Made by a program: the position numbers and the translations under genes
Shown here: piece after piece, positions 55,333 through 64,000 of the stretch
Numbering within the stretch: position 1 is the stretch's first letter
How the letters are laid out: every line of letters starts with the position of its first letter
DNA from: Anaerolineae bacterium
GTDB lineage: Bacteria; Chloroflexota; Anaerolineae; B4-G1; SLSP01
NCBI GenBank assembly: GCA_026645815.1
Contig: JAPKMR010000001.1
Span: forward strand, 129,498 to 193,497
DNA length: 64,000 bases
Reading direction: 5' to 3'
The notes under the pieces: generated by a model
Seen by the model: only the letters and a program-made list of their open reading frames with translations
Databases searched by the model: none
What the model was told of the DNA's origin: nothing

Positions 55333-55361
55333 TTGCATTAATAGTTAAATTAATGTATAAT
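55333..55361 (+). promoter_or_regulatory. Promoter of the cell-wall operon
   Basis: TTGCAT, a 17-nt spacer, then TATAAT. Confidence 0.6.
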
Positions 55362-55398
55362 AGTCTAAACTGACTGAAAGTCGGGGATCTAAAGAACT

Positions 55399-56667
55399 AT
55401 GGAGGCGTTACTAGGACTTATTCCTGAATGGTTACAAGAGTGGATACAGGTCTACATAGCACCAAACCTACACCTGGAAATCCGCCACCTTCTAGGAATC
55501 CTGGGACGGGGTATCCTGGATACGATTCTCTTCCTGACCCTCCCTATTACGCTAAGTTATAGCAGTCAGAGTGTATGGCAGACACGATATACATTGACAT
55601 CAGAGCAGCAACAGCAGGTCCAGCAGTGGGCCAGTGTAGCAAACCTGATCGCTTACACAGAGGACGTGCCGCCCGTTGTGCCTCTTGTGTTGTGGTACAA
55701 GGAGGGCGGATTGCGCGCTGAGAATCCGGCAAATTGTGAAGGCATCATGGGTCTATACACCGCCGTCAAAACCGGGCAACACCCGTGTTTTCCACCGGGC
55801 GAGGTGATGCCGCAGGATGTCAAATACCAACTCCAATTGGGCACGCACGTGTTCAAAGAGTACTGCCCACAAATCAGCTACACCACAACCGATCCAGAAC
55901 TGTTGAAGCGTTGCTACCTCTATTACAACGCTGGACCGCGCAGCCGCGGCAACCCCAGTAGTTCAGCCTATGTAATGAATGGCTATGACGCTGCCCACCA
56001 GAATATGATCCACACAGATATTGAAGGACGCGCCTACCAGCTTCAGGTATTAGGCGCATGGCCTGTACATCTGGCGATTCAAGCACAGCTGGCCCACAGC
56101 GATATGTTACCCGTCCCGCGTGCACTTCTGGCGCCCGCGATGCTGCTCCAGGAAGTGCTCGACCGCTTTTGGAGTTATCAGGAGACGAAACATCGCGATA
56201 TTTCACCTGCACCTGCGCTCGACCGCTGCCGTGAACCGCAAGCAAATGCCTGCTTCAGTGCTGCCAGTTCGGGGGGACGTGCTGAACTACGTCCTTCCCT
56301 CAGCCCGCTATTGCAGGCGACCATTGGAGGCAGCCTTGTGTGTGGGTTACTGCCGGGTGTGGAGCTGCTCCCGGCGGAACCGGCACTGGTTGTGGCGCCA
56401 ATTGATGGTACACTAATGCGGTATACCGATCAAAGCGGTAGGCTCGCAGTGCTCATCGAGAACGAGGAGTGGAGCGTCTGGTTGTTAGGACTACGCTCTT
56501 ATATTGCAGCGCCCGGAGCAATCGAGGCAGGAACGCCTGTCGGCGCAGTCAGTGGAGTTGATAGTGATTGGACGGCAGTTCATTATGCCGTATACGACAA
56601 GCGTCAGGCTGCATTTGTGGATCCGGTGGGATTCTTACCCGTGGGAACCTGCCCACCTATGCAATAA
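55399..56667 (+). CDS. Membrane-anchored fusion of an SLT-like lytic transglycosylase domain and a degenerate LytM (M23-like) domain
   Basis: N-terminal TM segment. SLT landmarks are KEGG (catalytic Glu position), GIMGLY (vs GLMQ) and YLYYNAGP (vs AYNAG). The C-terminal VAPIDGTL...GTPVGAVSG...VHYAVYDK...VDPVGFL follows the M23 fold pattern, but the HxxxD and HxH metal ligands are absent. Confidence 0.55.
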   Translation: MEALLGLIPEWLQEWIQVYIAPNLHLEIRHLLGILGRGILDTILFLTLPITLSYSSQSVWQTRYTLTSEQQQQVQQWASVANLIAYTEDVPPVVPLVLWYKEGGLRAENPANCEGIMGLYTAVKTGQHPCFPPGEVMPQDVKYQLQLGTHVFKEYCPQISYTTTDPELLKRCYLYYNAGPRSRGNPSSSAYVMNGYDAAHQNMIHTDIEGRAYQLQVLGAWPVHLAIQAQLAHSDMLPVPRALLAPAMLLQEVLDRFWSYQETKHRDISPAPALDRCREPQANACFSAASSGGRAELRPSLSPLLQATIGGSLVCGLLPGVELLPAEPALVVAPIDGTLMRYTDQSGRLAVLIENEEWSVWLLGLRSYIAAPGAIEAGTPVGAVSGVDSDWTAVHYAVYDKRQAAFVDPVGFLPVGTCPPMQ

Positions 56668-56695
56668 TCAATCCAGCAATGAGGGGTGAAACGAT

Positions 56696-57250
56696 ATGGA
56701 TATCATGGCATTGTTACCCGCTTTCCTGGTCGTGTTGGGCATCGTATGGGCTATCTGGCTGATTTTCAAACGCGATCTCCTGTCCCAGAATATTGTCAAA
56801 CTGCTGACCTACTTTCTGGGTGTGGTCATCACCTTTATCATCATCGGCTGGTTGGTGGATACGTTCCTGCCCCAATGGACCCTGCAGCGGTTGCTAACTG
56901 CGCGGAGTTCAGGAAATGTGGAGGCGATTGAAACCATCGGACGAGAGATGTGGCAGGAAGCCATCGGGAATCCGGGCGCCACGCCTCCCATCGTCATCAC
57001 CACGCCAGTAGTACCGCAGCCAACCACAAGCCCGGCGCCGGTCCCCAGCTCCGGAGATGAAGCCCCAGCCAGAAGCCAATCCGCTATTCCGGGGGCGGGC
57101 GAGCAGACGTACACAGTAGTGAGAGGCGATACGCTATATCGCATCTCCAACCGGTTCGGGGTGAGCATCGCCGCAATCCAACAACGGAATGGCCTGGGCA
57201 CGTCCACAAATATCCAGGCCGGACAGGTTCTCATCATACCCGTACCGTGA
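56696..57250 (+). CDS. Membrane protein with C-terminal LysM domain
   Basis: Two TM segments and a Pro-rich linker, then YTVVRGDTLYRISNRFGVSIAAIQQRNGLGTSTNIQAGQVLIIP (LysM). Confidence 0.75.
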   Translation: MDIMALLPAFLVVLGIVWAIWLIFKRDLLSQNIVKLLTYFLGVVITFIIIGWLVDTFLPQWTLQRLLTARSSGNVEAIETIGREMWQEAIGNPGATPPIVITTPVVPQPTTSPAPVPSSGDEAPARSQSAIPGAGEQTYTVVRGDTLYRISNRFGVSIAAIQQRNGLGTSTNIQAGQVLIIPVP

Positions 57251-57903
57251 GCGCGAATCCGACAGCAACGCCCACGCCAGGGGCGCCGGCGCCCCCCACT
57301 ATCCCCAAGGACCTGCGCACAGGACTTGCGGGATTGTGGGGACGACTTAGTCAAAGCGTCTTGCCAGATGTACATTATCTCGATGGCGAGATTCTGAAAC
57401 TGACTATTCGCATGGCGCCTTACCGCAAAAATGTCCCGCGGACATTCATCCGCGGCGGCGGCTTGATTCTGATCATCAGCCTGGTGCTGACGGGGCTCTC
57501 ATTTCTGCCAGGTTGGCCCCCCTCGGCGCGCTTTTGGTTTGGAGCAATGGCGGTTTTGGGGTTATATTTGTTCGGATATGGCTTGCAGAGTTTGCTACTT
57601 TACGAGCAATGGCAGTTCATTCTCACCGACAAACGTATCATTTTGATCACCCCAGATCCAAGTCGGCACGGCTTTGCCGATGCCATCTATCTGAAACAGG
57701 GGAAAATACAGGTTCTGGATACTAACTGGTCCAGCAGCCCCTTCTGGGGCATATTTCAAGCCATCAAAGGCTCACGCGATGTCATGCTCAGCATGAGCGG
57801 TTATGAATTCCAGGAAACAGGAGCCAAAGTGAAAGGCGGGCTGCGCTTTCCTGATGTGACGCCCGATAATATTCGCCGGCTTGAAGCATTGATCTTCGGC
57901 TGA
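57247..57903 (+). CDS. Two-TM membrane protein with bacterial PH-like (YdbS/YdbT-like) domain, tentative
   Basis: The GTG start overlaps the LysM gene stop (GTGA). A TM hairpin is followed by WQFILTDKRIILITPD... Confidence 0.5.
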   Translation: MSANPTATPTPGAPAPPTIPKDLRTGLAGLWGRLSQSVLPDVHYLDGEILKLTIRMAPYRKNVPRTFIRGGGLILIISLVLTGLSFLPGWPPSARFWFGAMAVLGLYLFGYGLQSLLLYEQWQFILTDKRIILITPDPSRHGFADAIYLKQGKIQVLDTNWSSSPFWGIFQAIKGSRDVMLSMSGYEFQETGAKVKGGLRFPDVTPDNIRRLEALIFG

Positions 57904-57941
57904 GATTGAGGATATTCACAGTCGAAAAAACTCGCAGCAAA

Positions 57942-57973
57942 ACACAGACGCGGAATCCCCTCCGCGTCTGTGT
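57942..57973. terminator. Bidirectional terminator hairpin between convergent genes
   Basis: ACACAGACGCGGA / TCCGCGTCTGTGT, a 13-bp stem with T-rich sequence on both distal sides. Confidence 0.55.
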
Positions 57974-57997
57974 CTTTACTACCGCAAGTCGCCCTGT

Positions 57998-58651
57998 TTA
58001 TTTGGGCGCAGAGTCATCCAGAAATTCCGCGCCGTAGGGGCGCTGATAGGCGACAGTAATGGGAAGTTCCGCAGCACCATTGAACGTGAACGTGGTAATA
58101 GAGGCAGTCTGGGGATAGCCATCATAGAAACCTGGGAAGGTGTGTAGTTGACGCTTGCCCACCATCGTCACCGGTTGTGATAGCGCCCAGAGCACGGCAA
58201 AGGCAATAACATCACCGTGGGTGACGGCAGCAACAGTTTGCCCCGCGTAACCCTCACGCACCTCTGCTATAAAAGCCCGTACCCGCGCCAGGATACTGGC
58301 GGGTTGGTCATACTCGGGCGGGGAATCCGTATAGAGGTCCCAATCGCGAGATGCTGCTTCCGCCAGGAGATGTCCCTCAAGCGGCACATGAATTTCGTCG
58401 AGCCACGGCGAGATTGCTGATGTGAGATGCGGATGGTGTACAAGCACATGCGCAGCAGTCTGCTGTGCGCGAAGCTGCGGACTGCTGAACAGCGCGACGA
58501 GGGGCAGCGCACGAAGCGCATCGCCTGCCGCCTGCGCCTGCCGATGCCCGAGTTCGCTGAGCCGATAGCCCGGCAAACGACCATAGATGATGGCTTCAGG
58601 ATTATGTACCAAACCATGACGAACCCAAAGAAGACGCGTTGTACCAGTCAT
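57998..58651 (-). CDS. Histidine phosphatase (phosphoglycerate-mutase-like) family protein
   Basis: LLWVRHGLVHN (RHG motif) and a downstream THGDVI (second His). Confidence 0.8.
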   Translation of the reverse strand: MTGTTRLLWVRHGLVHNPEAIIYGRLPGYRLSELGHRQAQAAGDALRALPLVALFSSPQLRAQQTAAHVLVHHPHLTSAISPWLDEIHVPLEGHLLAEAASRDWDLYTDSPPEYDQPASILARVRAFIAEVREGYAGQTVAAVTHGDVIAFAVLWALSQPVTMVGKRQLHTFPGFYDGYPQTASITTFTFNGAAELPITVAYQRPYGAEFLDDSAPK

Positions 58652-58719
58652 TAAGCTGCCCTTTCACGCAATTGTGATAAACTACGGCATTATACCATCA
58701 TGAAGAAAGGAATGGGGAA

Positions 58720-59118
58720 ATGGATGATTTTATTCGCGATCGCGTGAAGCATTACTTCGTCGAGGGTGATAACAACTGCGCCATGACGGTGCTGCGGGTC
58801 TTGGGCGAGATATTCGAGATGCCCATCTCCCCAGAAGTTCTCACAGCTGCCGGCGTAATGCCCGGCGCTGGCGGCGTAGGCGGCTTGTGTGGATTGGTCA
58901 CGGGAGCATTGATGTTTCTTGGCGTATGGGGCGGGCAACACGGCTATCATCGCTCACAGCTTAAGCCCACCAGTCAGGAGTTCATGCAGCAGGTAAAACA
59001 GCACCTTGGCAGCAGCCTGTGTTGTGATTTGAAACCGGCTGAGGGCGACTGCGCACCACTAGCAGAGCAATTTCTGAGCTTCACCATCCCTTACCTCCAG
59101 CACGCACTGGAGGAGTGA
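58720..59118 (+). CDS. C_GCAxxG_C_C family protein
   Basis: NNCAMTVL, GGLCGLVTGALM, and later CC and DC cysteines. Length is about 130 aa. Confidence 0.7.
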   Translation: MDDFIRDRVKHYFVEGDNNCAMTVLRVLGEIFEMPISPEVLTAAGVMPGAGGVGGLCGLVTGALMFLGVWGGQHGYHRSQLKPTSQEFMQQVKQHLGSSLCCDLKPAEGDCAPLAEQFLSFTIPYLQHALEE

Positions 59119-59126
59119 GGTATATC

Positions 59127-60362
59127 GTGATCCATATTCGCCCCTACAATTCGGAAAAAGACTATGAAGCGATCCCTCGCATCTGGGAAGAGGTGGGTTG
59201 GATCAAACGCAGCGAGGCGCTTGACGTAACGGCTAACAGTTTTGTCAGCAGCGGGCGGGCCTTAGTCGCTGAAATTGATGGCACAACCGAATGCCAGGTA
59301 AGTTCCATGCCTGGAGCAATGCGGTACCTGGAAACAAATATTCGTTTCTCCGGCGTTACCGCTGTGGCAACGGGGTACGTAGCCCGCAAGCAGGGACTTG
59401 CAGCGCGGCTGACCGCGCGCCTGGTCGCAGAAGACACCGCAGCCGGCATCCAGGTAATGGGCTTGGGCATGTTTGAACAGGGTTTCTACAATCAACTCGG
59501 CTTTGGCACTGCCCCCTATACACGCTGGGTGAGTTTTGACCCGGCACAACTTCAGATTGCGGCGAAAGCGCGCATCCCCAAGCGCCTTACATCCAATGAC
59601 TGGGAGGCAGTGCACGCTGCACGGTTAACACGGATGCGCGGACACGGCGCCTGCATTCTCTTCCCACCGGATGTCAGCCGTGTAGAAATGATCGCTCACT
59701 CAGGCTTCGGGTTGGGCTATTACGATGGCGTCGGGGGAGAGCTCAGCCATTATCTATGGATGATGAGTGAGGGCAACGAAAGTGGCCCTTACACAGTGCA
59801 ATGGATGACCTACCAGAACGGGGCGCAGTTGCTAGAGCTCGTGGCGCTGATGCACACCCTGGGTGACCAAATACGCCTTATCAGACTCAAGGAACCCTAT
59901 GGCGTACAATTTCAGGATTTCATTCGGCAACCCTTTCGATTCCAGATACTCACCTCCGAAGGCAAGTTCGATAACAACAATCAAGCGGATGCCCGTCAAC
60001 AATACCGCATCTGCGATCTGGAAGGCTCCCTGGCGCAAACGCATCTGCCGGGCGAGACCGTACGTTTCAATCTAGCGCTTACCGATCCCGTCAGCGCTTT
60101 TTTGGATGACGATATCGCATGGCGCGGGTTGAGCGGTGACTACATTGTGACGCTGGGACCCGAATCCGCTGCCGTCCCCGGCAACGATGCGGCGCTGCCT
60201 ACCCTCAAAGCCACGGTCAATGCCTTTACACGGCTGTGGCTTGGGGTGCGTCAGCCTTCATACCTGGCGCTGAGCGATGCGCTCAGCGGTCCGCCGGAAC
60301 TGTTTGCAGCGCTCGATCGTGTGCTGCGGCTACCGGTCCCAGAAATGGACTGGGATTTCTAG
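59127..60362 (+). CDS. Eis-like GNAT N-acetyltransferase with C-terminal SCP2-like domain
   Basis: About 410 aa. It has an N-terminal GNAT fold (IRPYNSEKDYEAI..., ARKQGLAARLTA acetyl-CoA loop) followed by a second GNAT-like region and a tail. The start is ambiguous: GTG 59115 overlaps the upstream stop, while GTG 59127 does not. Confidence 0.6.
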   Translation: MIHIRPYNSEKDYEAIPRIWEEVGWIKRSEALDVTANSFVSSGRALVAEIDGTTECQVSSMPGAMRYLETNIRFSGVTAVATGYVARKQGLAARLTARLVAEDTAAGIQVMGLGMFEQGFYNQLGFGTAPYTRWVSFDPAQLQIAAKARIPKRLTSNDWEAVHAARLTRMRGHGACILFPPDVSRVEMIAHSGFGLGYYDGVGGELSHYLWMMSEGNESGPYTVQWMTYQNGAQLLELVALMHTLGDQIRLIRLKEPYGVQFQDFIRQPFRFQILTSEGKFDNNNQADARQQYRICDLEGSLAQTHLPGETVRFNLALTDPVSAFLDDDIAWRGLSGDYIVTLGPESAAVPGNDAALPTLKATVNAFTRLWLGVRQPSYLALSDALSGPPELFAALDRVLRLPVPEMDWDF

Positions 60363-60439
60363 ACGCACTCCTCCTCACCGAGAGTATCGAGAGAGCGTTG
60401 CCATTATCTCCGTGGTCCTGGTGAACAGACTCTGCTTAC

Positions 60440-61705
60440 ATGGAGACGACGATGAACACGTTATTCTACCGTTTTGGAGCAGCACTGGCAATCGGCTTGC
60501 TCATTGGGCTGGAACGGGAGCATGCTGCGAGTCGCGAACAAGAGAAAATCTTTGCGGGTGTGCGCACCTTTCCATTATTGAGCCTGGCAGGGTGCACGGC
60601 GATGTTGCTGAGCGAAGTGCTCAGCTCGCCCCTCCCCTTTGTCGCCATCACTGCGTTGATCGGTCTATTCATCGCTATTGCATACGCAGTGGGAGCGCAG
60701 CGAGGACAGATAGGGATGACCTCAGAGGTCTCTGCCGTCATCACCTTTCTGCTAGGGGCAATGTGTTACGGCGAGCAATTTGCCCTTGCAGCAGCGGTGA
60801 CTGTAGCAACGATGGTCCTGCTCTCACTCAAACTAGAAATGCGCACTCTCGCGCAGAAATTAAGCCAGGAAGACATCTATGCCACACTCAAATTCGCCGT
60901 CATCACCGCTATCGTACTGCCCGTGTTGCCCAATCGCACTTTTGGCCCATTGAATGTGCTCAATCCCTATAAGATCTGGTTGATGGTCATCTTTATCTCC
61001 GGAATTAGCTTTCTGGGTTATTTTCTCATCAAAATTGTAGGACCGCGCCAGGGCATTGGATTGACCGGTCTGCTCGGAGGGCTGGCTTCGAGCACAGCGG
61101 TGACGCTGAGTTTCAGCCAACGGAGCAACCAGGAAAAAGCGCTGGCGAAGCCCTTTGCGATGGCCATCATGATTGCCTGGACCGTCATGTTCGTTCGGGT
61201 GCTGGTGGTTGTAAGCGCATTGAACCGCGCATTACTCACCCAGCTCTGGTTGCCCCTTGGAATCGCTGCTGGCATCGGGCTTGGTTATTGCGGCTACCTG
61301 TTCCTGGTGCAACGAACGCATGAGACCGGCAATATAGATTTCGCTAATCCCTTCGATCTTGGCCCGGCAATGAAATTCGGTTTGCTTTACGCAGGGATCC
61401 TCTTTGCCGCCAAGGCAGCGCAGGTCTACCTGGGCGAAGCAGGCATCTACCTGTCCAGCATCGTGGGTGGACTGACGGACGTGGATGCCATCACTCTCTC
61501 GCTTTCGCAGCTGAGCAGCAGCGGGGTTGGGGGCCTCGACACGGCAACCGCCGCTCGCGGCATTGTCTTTGCCTGCATCTCCAACACTGTGGTCAAAGGG
61601 GGGATGGTGCTGGCAAGTGGCGCGCCCGAATTGCGCCGCGCACTGCTGCCAGGCTTTCTTGCCATGCTCGGCGCGACCCTGGCAATCGTATTGGCAATAG
61701 GGTAA
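60440..61705 (+). CDS. MgtC/SapB-family plus DUF4010-type integral membrane protein
   Basis: GLLIGLEREH and AGVRTFPLL, typical of the MgtC N-terminal domain. A second polytopic half gives about 12 TM helices in total. Confidence 0.7.
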   Translation: METTMNTLFYRFGAALAIGLLIGLEREHAASREQEKIFAGVRTFPLLSLAGCTAMLLSEVLSSPLPFVAITALIGLFIAIAYAVGAQRGQIGMTSEVSAVITFLLGAMCYGEQFALAAAVTVATMVLLSLKLEMRTLAQKLSQEDIYATLKFAVITAIVLPVLPNRTFGPLNVLNPYKIWLMVIFISGISFLGYFLIKIVGPRQGIGLTGLLGGLASSTAVTLSFSQRSNQEKALAKPFAMAIMIAWTVMFVRVLVVVSALNRALLTQLWLPLGIAAGIGLGYCGYLFLVQRTHETGNIDFANPFDLGPAMKFGLLYAGILFAAKAAQVYLGEAGIYLSSIVGGLTDVDAITLSLSQLSSSGVGGLDTATAARGIVFACISNTVVKGGMVLASGAPELRRALLPGFLAMLGATLAIVLAIG

Positions 61706-61774
61706 GGTGAAACTAGAAACTAGTAAAGCCACACAAGGCTTCCCGCTAATTTGGTAATGATTGGAGGTAAAGAG

Positions 61775-63706
61775 ATGACGATTGCAGCTTATGGTTCATG
61801 GAAATCACCCATCACATCGGAATTGATCGTGGCAGGCGCAGTACGATTGGGCGCACCGAAATTTGATGGCGCCACCCTTTACTGGATTGAGGGACGCCCC
61901 AGCGAGGGTGGTCGAAACGTGATTGTGCGGCGCGCCGCCGATGGCGCCATTGAAGATCTATTGCCTGCCCCCTTCAACGCACGAACGCGCGTCCATGAAT
62001 ACGGTGGTGGTTCCTATACCATCCATCAGGAAAATGTGATTTTCTCTAACTTCAGCGACCAACGGTTGTACCGCCTGAATCCAGGAAGCGCGCCCGAGGC
62101 GATCACCCCGGCGCTACCCCTGCGCTACGCCGATATGACCGTGGACGCGGCGCGGGGGCTGTTGTTCTGCGTGCGCGAGGATCACCGCGACCCAAAAAGA
62201 GAAGCCCAAAACACCCTGGTGCGGGTCATGCTCGCCGCAGACCCCGAAGAGGGTGTGGTAATCGCCGAAGGCTATGACTTCTATGCCACGCCGCGCCTCA
62301 GTCCCGACGGCAATCAGCTCACCTGGCTCTGTTGGAACCATCCCAACATGCCGTGGGATGGTTGTGAGCTATGGCTCGCAGACGTGCAGCCCAATGGGGA
62401 CCTGGCTAATGCACAGTGTATCGCCGGCGGGTTGGAGGAATCCATCTTTCAACCCACCTGGGGACCGGATGGACGGCTCTACTTTGTCTCCGACCGTACC
62501 GGTTGGTGGAATCTCTACCGTCTGGAAGACGGCAACGCGCAAGCGCTTCTGCCCATGGAGGCAGAATTTGGGCGACCACAGTGGGTTTTCGATCAAGTCA
62601 CCTTCGTCTTCACCGATTCACAGACGCTGGTCTGCGTCTACAGCCAGGATGGAGAAGAGCATCTGGGCAAACTGAACCTGCACACGCTGGGTTTCACCAG
62701 GCTAGAGGTGCCCTTCAACAACCTTGCATCTCCCGTAGCCGGCACAGCTGGCTGCATAGCGTTGCTAGCAGGCTCGCCCACGGAAAGCTCTGCACTATGC
62801 CTTCTTGACACCGCTACGTGTTCAAGCACAGTTGTCCGCCGCTCCAGCAATCTGCCGCTCGACCCAGGTTATCTCTCGATTCCGGAAGCGCTCACGTTCC
62901 CCACAGCCAATGGATTGACAGCGCACGCCCTCCTCTACCGTCCCAAGAACCGCGATTTCACCGCGCCCGAAGGCGAGCGCCCTCCCCTGCTGGTGTTTAG
63001 CCATGGCGGACCCACAGGGGCAACCTCAGGCGCCCTGAATTTGAGCATCCAATTCTGGACCAGTCGGGGCTTTGCGGTGCTCGATGTAAACTACGGGGGC
63101 AGCACCGGCTACGGGCGCGCCTACCGGCAACGCCTCAACGGGAATTGGGGCATTGTAGATGTAGAGGACTGCGTTAATGGCGCACGCTACCTCGTAGAAC
63201 GCGGCGAAGTAGATGGTGTGCGCCTAGCCATCCGTGGCGGGAGCGCTGGGGGTTACACCACGCTCTGCGCCCTCACCTTCCACAGGGTTTTTGCAGCGGG
63301 CGCCAGTCACTATGGCATCGGAGACATCGAAGCCCTGGCGCGAGATACCCACAAATTCGAGTCACGCTATCTCGACCGGCTCGTTGGGCCTTACCCCGAA
63401 CGCGCAGACCTGTATCGAGCGCGCTCGCCCATCCATTTCACAGACCAGCTCTCGTGCCCGGTGATTTTCTTCCAGGGGCTAGATGACCCCGTTGTGCCGC
63501 CCAATCAAGCCGAGGCGATGGTTGCTGCGCTCAAGGCTAAGGGTATTCCTGTCGCCTACGTGCCCTTTGAAGGCGAGCAACACGGTTTCCGGCGTGCGGA
63601 GAACATCCGCCGCGCACTGGACGGGGAGCTGTATTTCTACAGTCGCGTCTTCGGCTTTGAGCTGGCAGAAGCGGTAGAACCCGTGCTGATTGAGAATCTG
63701 ATTTGA
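61775..63706 (+). CDS. S9 family serine peptidase (beta-propeller + alpha/beta hydrolase)
   Basis: GGSAGGYT nucleophile elbow (GxSxGG), with C-terminal Asp/His regions (QGLDDPVVP, GEQHGF). The ATG at 61775 follows GGAGGT. Confidence 0.85.
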   Translation: MTIAAYGSWKSPITSELIVAGAVRLGAPKFDGATLYWIEGRPSEGGRNVIVRRAADGAIEDLLPAPFNARTRVHEYGGGSYTIHQENVIFSNFSDQRLYRLNPGSAPEAITPALPLRYADMTVDAARGLLFCVREDHRDPKREAQNTLVRVMLAADPEEGVVIAEGYDFYATPRLSPDGNQLTWLCWNHPNMPWDGCELWLADVQPNGDLANAQCIAGGLEESIFQPTWGPDGRLYFVSDRTGWWNLYRLEDGNAQALLPMEAEFGRPQWVFDQVTFVFTDSQTLVCVYSQDGEEHLGKLNLHTLGFTRLEVPFNNLASPVAGTAGCIALLAGSPTESSALCLLDTATCSSTVVRRSSNLPLDPGYLSIPEALTFPTANGLTAHALLYRPKNRDFTAPEGERPPLLVFSHGGPTGATSGALNLSIQFWTSRGFAVLDVNYGGSTGYGRAYRQRLNGNWGIVDVEDCVNGARYLVERGEVDGVRLAIRGGSAGGYTTLCALTFHRVFAAGASHYGIGDIEALARDTHKFESRYLDRLVGPYPERADLYRARSPIHFTDQLSCPVIFFQGLDDPVVPPNQAEAMVAALKAKGIPVAYVPFEGEQHGFRRAENIRRALDGELYFYSRVFGFELAEAVEPVLIENLI

Positions 63707-63773
63707 GAGTTATGCAACCGCGTCGCATCTCCAGAAAAGGGCGCGGCACACCTGGAATTCATGAGAGGAGCTT

Positions 63774-64000
63774 ATGTGCGGGATTTTCGGCATTGTCACG
63801 AATAAAGAACAACAGCTGGGACCGGTACTGGTCAGTGCAGCACACAGCCTGACCTACCGAGGCTATGACTCTGTAGGTTGCGCCACCCTTCACGAAGATG
63901 GCGTCATTGATTTGCGCAAAGACGTGGGCAAAGTGGCATCAGTCGCCGAGCGACTCGGTTTTGATACGATGATTGGCAAACGTGGCATCGTACAGCTGCG
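63774..64000 (+). CDS. glmS: Glutamine--fructose-6-phosphate aminotransferase (5' part; continues beyond the window)
   Basis: Not in the ORF track because it has no stop in the window. The ATG at 63774 follows GAGAGGAG. My translation is MCGIFGIVTNKEQQLGPVLVSAAHSLTYRGYDSVGCATL, the Ntn amidotransferase start. Confidence 0.85.
   Translation, partial: MCGIFGIVTNKEQQLGPVLVSAAHSLTYRGYDSVGCATLHEDGVIDLRKDVGKVASVAERLGFDTMIGKRGIVQL

Noticed and set aside
63707-63773. Possible glmS ribozyme upstream of glmS
   Set aside because: Only about 67 nt separate the peptidase stop from the glmS ATG. That is far shorter than the ~170-nt ribozyme, and I see no matching conserved core.
1-64000. CRISPR arrays, tRNA/rRNA genes, IS elements, integrases, prophage or a recognisable defence island
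   Set aside because: A visual scan found no regularly spaced direct repeats, no cloverleaf-compatible conserved tRNA motifs in the intergenic regions, and no transposase-, integrase- or phage-like proteins in the ORF set. The window looks like core chromosome.

Overview
The window is a high-GC chromosomal segment of about 60% GC by spot counts. Gene content suggests Chloroflexota (Anaerolineae/Caldilineae-like), but that placement is my inference and is unverified. Genes are densely packed on both strands. I found no rRNA, tRNA, CRISPR array, transposase or integrase. The provided ORF track counts GTG and TTG as starts, and many listed ORFs are antisense shadows of the real genes.

Recognisable content from left to right:
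- LacI-controlled mannan locus (GH130 phosphorylase and GH2 beta-mannosidase, truncated at the left edge)
- msrPQ
- two-domain cyclophilin lipoprotein, NIF3-like protein, AhpD-like protein
- glycogen debranching enzyme, fumC, NH3-type nadE
- duplicated CxxC thioredoxin-fold protein and a parallel beta-helix surface protein
- FadR-type regulator with a textbook promoter and operator, heading an operon of AGPS-like flavoprotein, GlpD and an FGGY kinase
- glgA
- operon of a membrane helix-hairpin-helix protein plus an 857-aa HerA/FtsK-type ATPase
- SAM-I riboswitch controlling metE and a yitJ-like Hcy-methyltransferase/MTHFR fusion
- LacI-controlled xylo-oligosaccharide locus (ABC transporter, GH8, GH10, xylA, GH3, xylB)
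- two tandem ribbon-helix-helix paralogues and a PLP dehydratase
- run of nadM, a vWA/zinc-ribbon protein, a truncated pyruvate-kinase-like barrel and glutamine-type nadE
- deaD with a terminator-containing leader
- cell-wall operon (SLT plus degenerate LytM fusion, LysM protein, PH-like membrane protein)
- several housekeeping genes, ending with the start of glmS

The best candidates for undescribed biology are:
1. the helix-hairpin-helix protein plus HerA-like ATPase pair
2. the vWA and pyruvate-kinase-like insert inside an NAD biosynthesis operon
3. the FadR-controlled AGPS-like operon
4. a dispersed family of long perfect hairpins sharing a GGTGATTTT outer stem, one of which sits inside a 166-bp MITE-like palindrome

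All family assignments come from motif recognition by eye. No database search was run.
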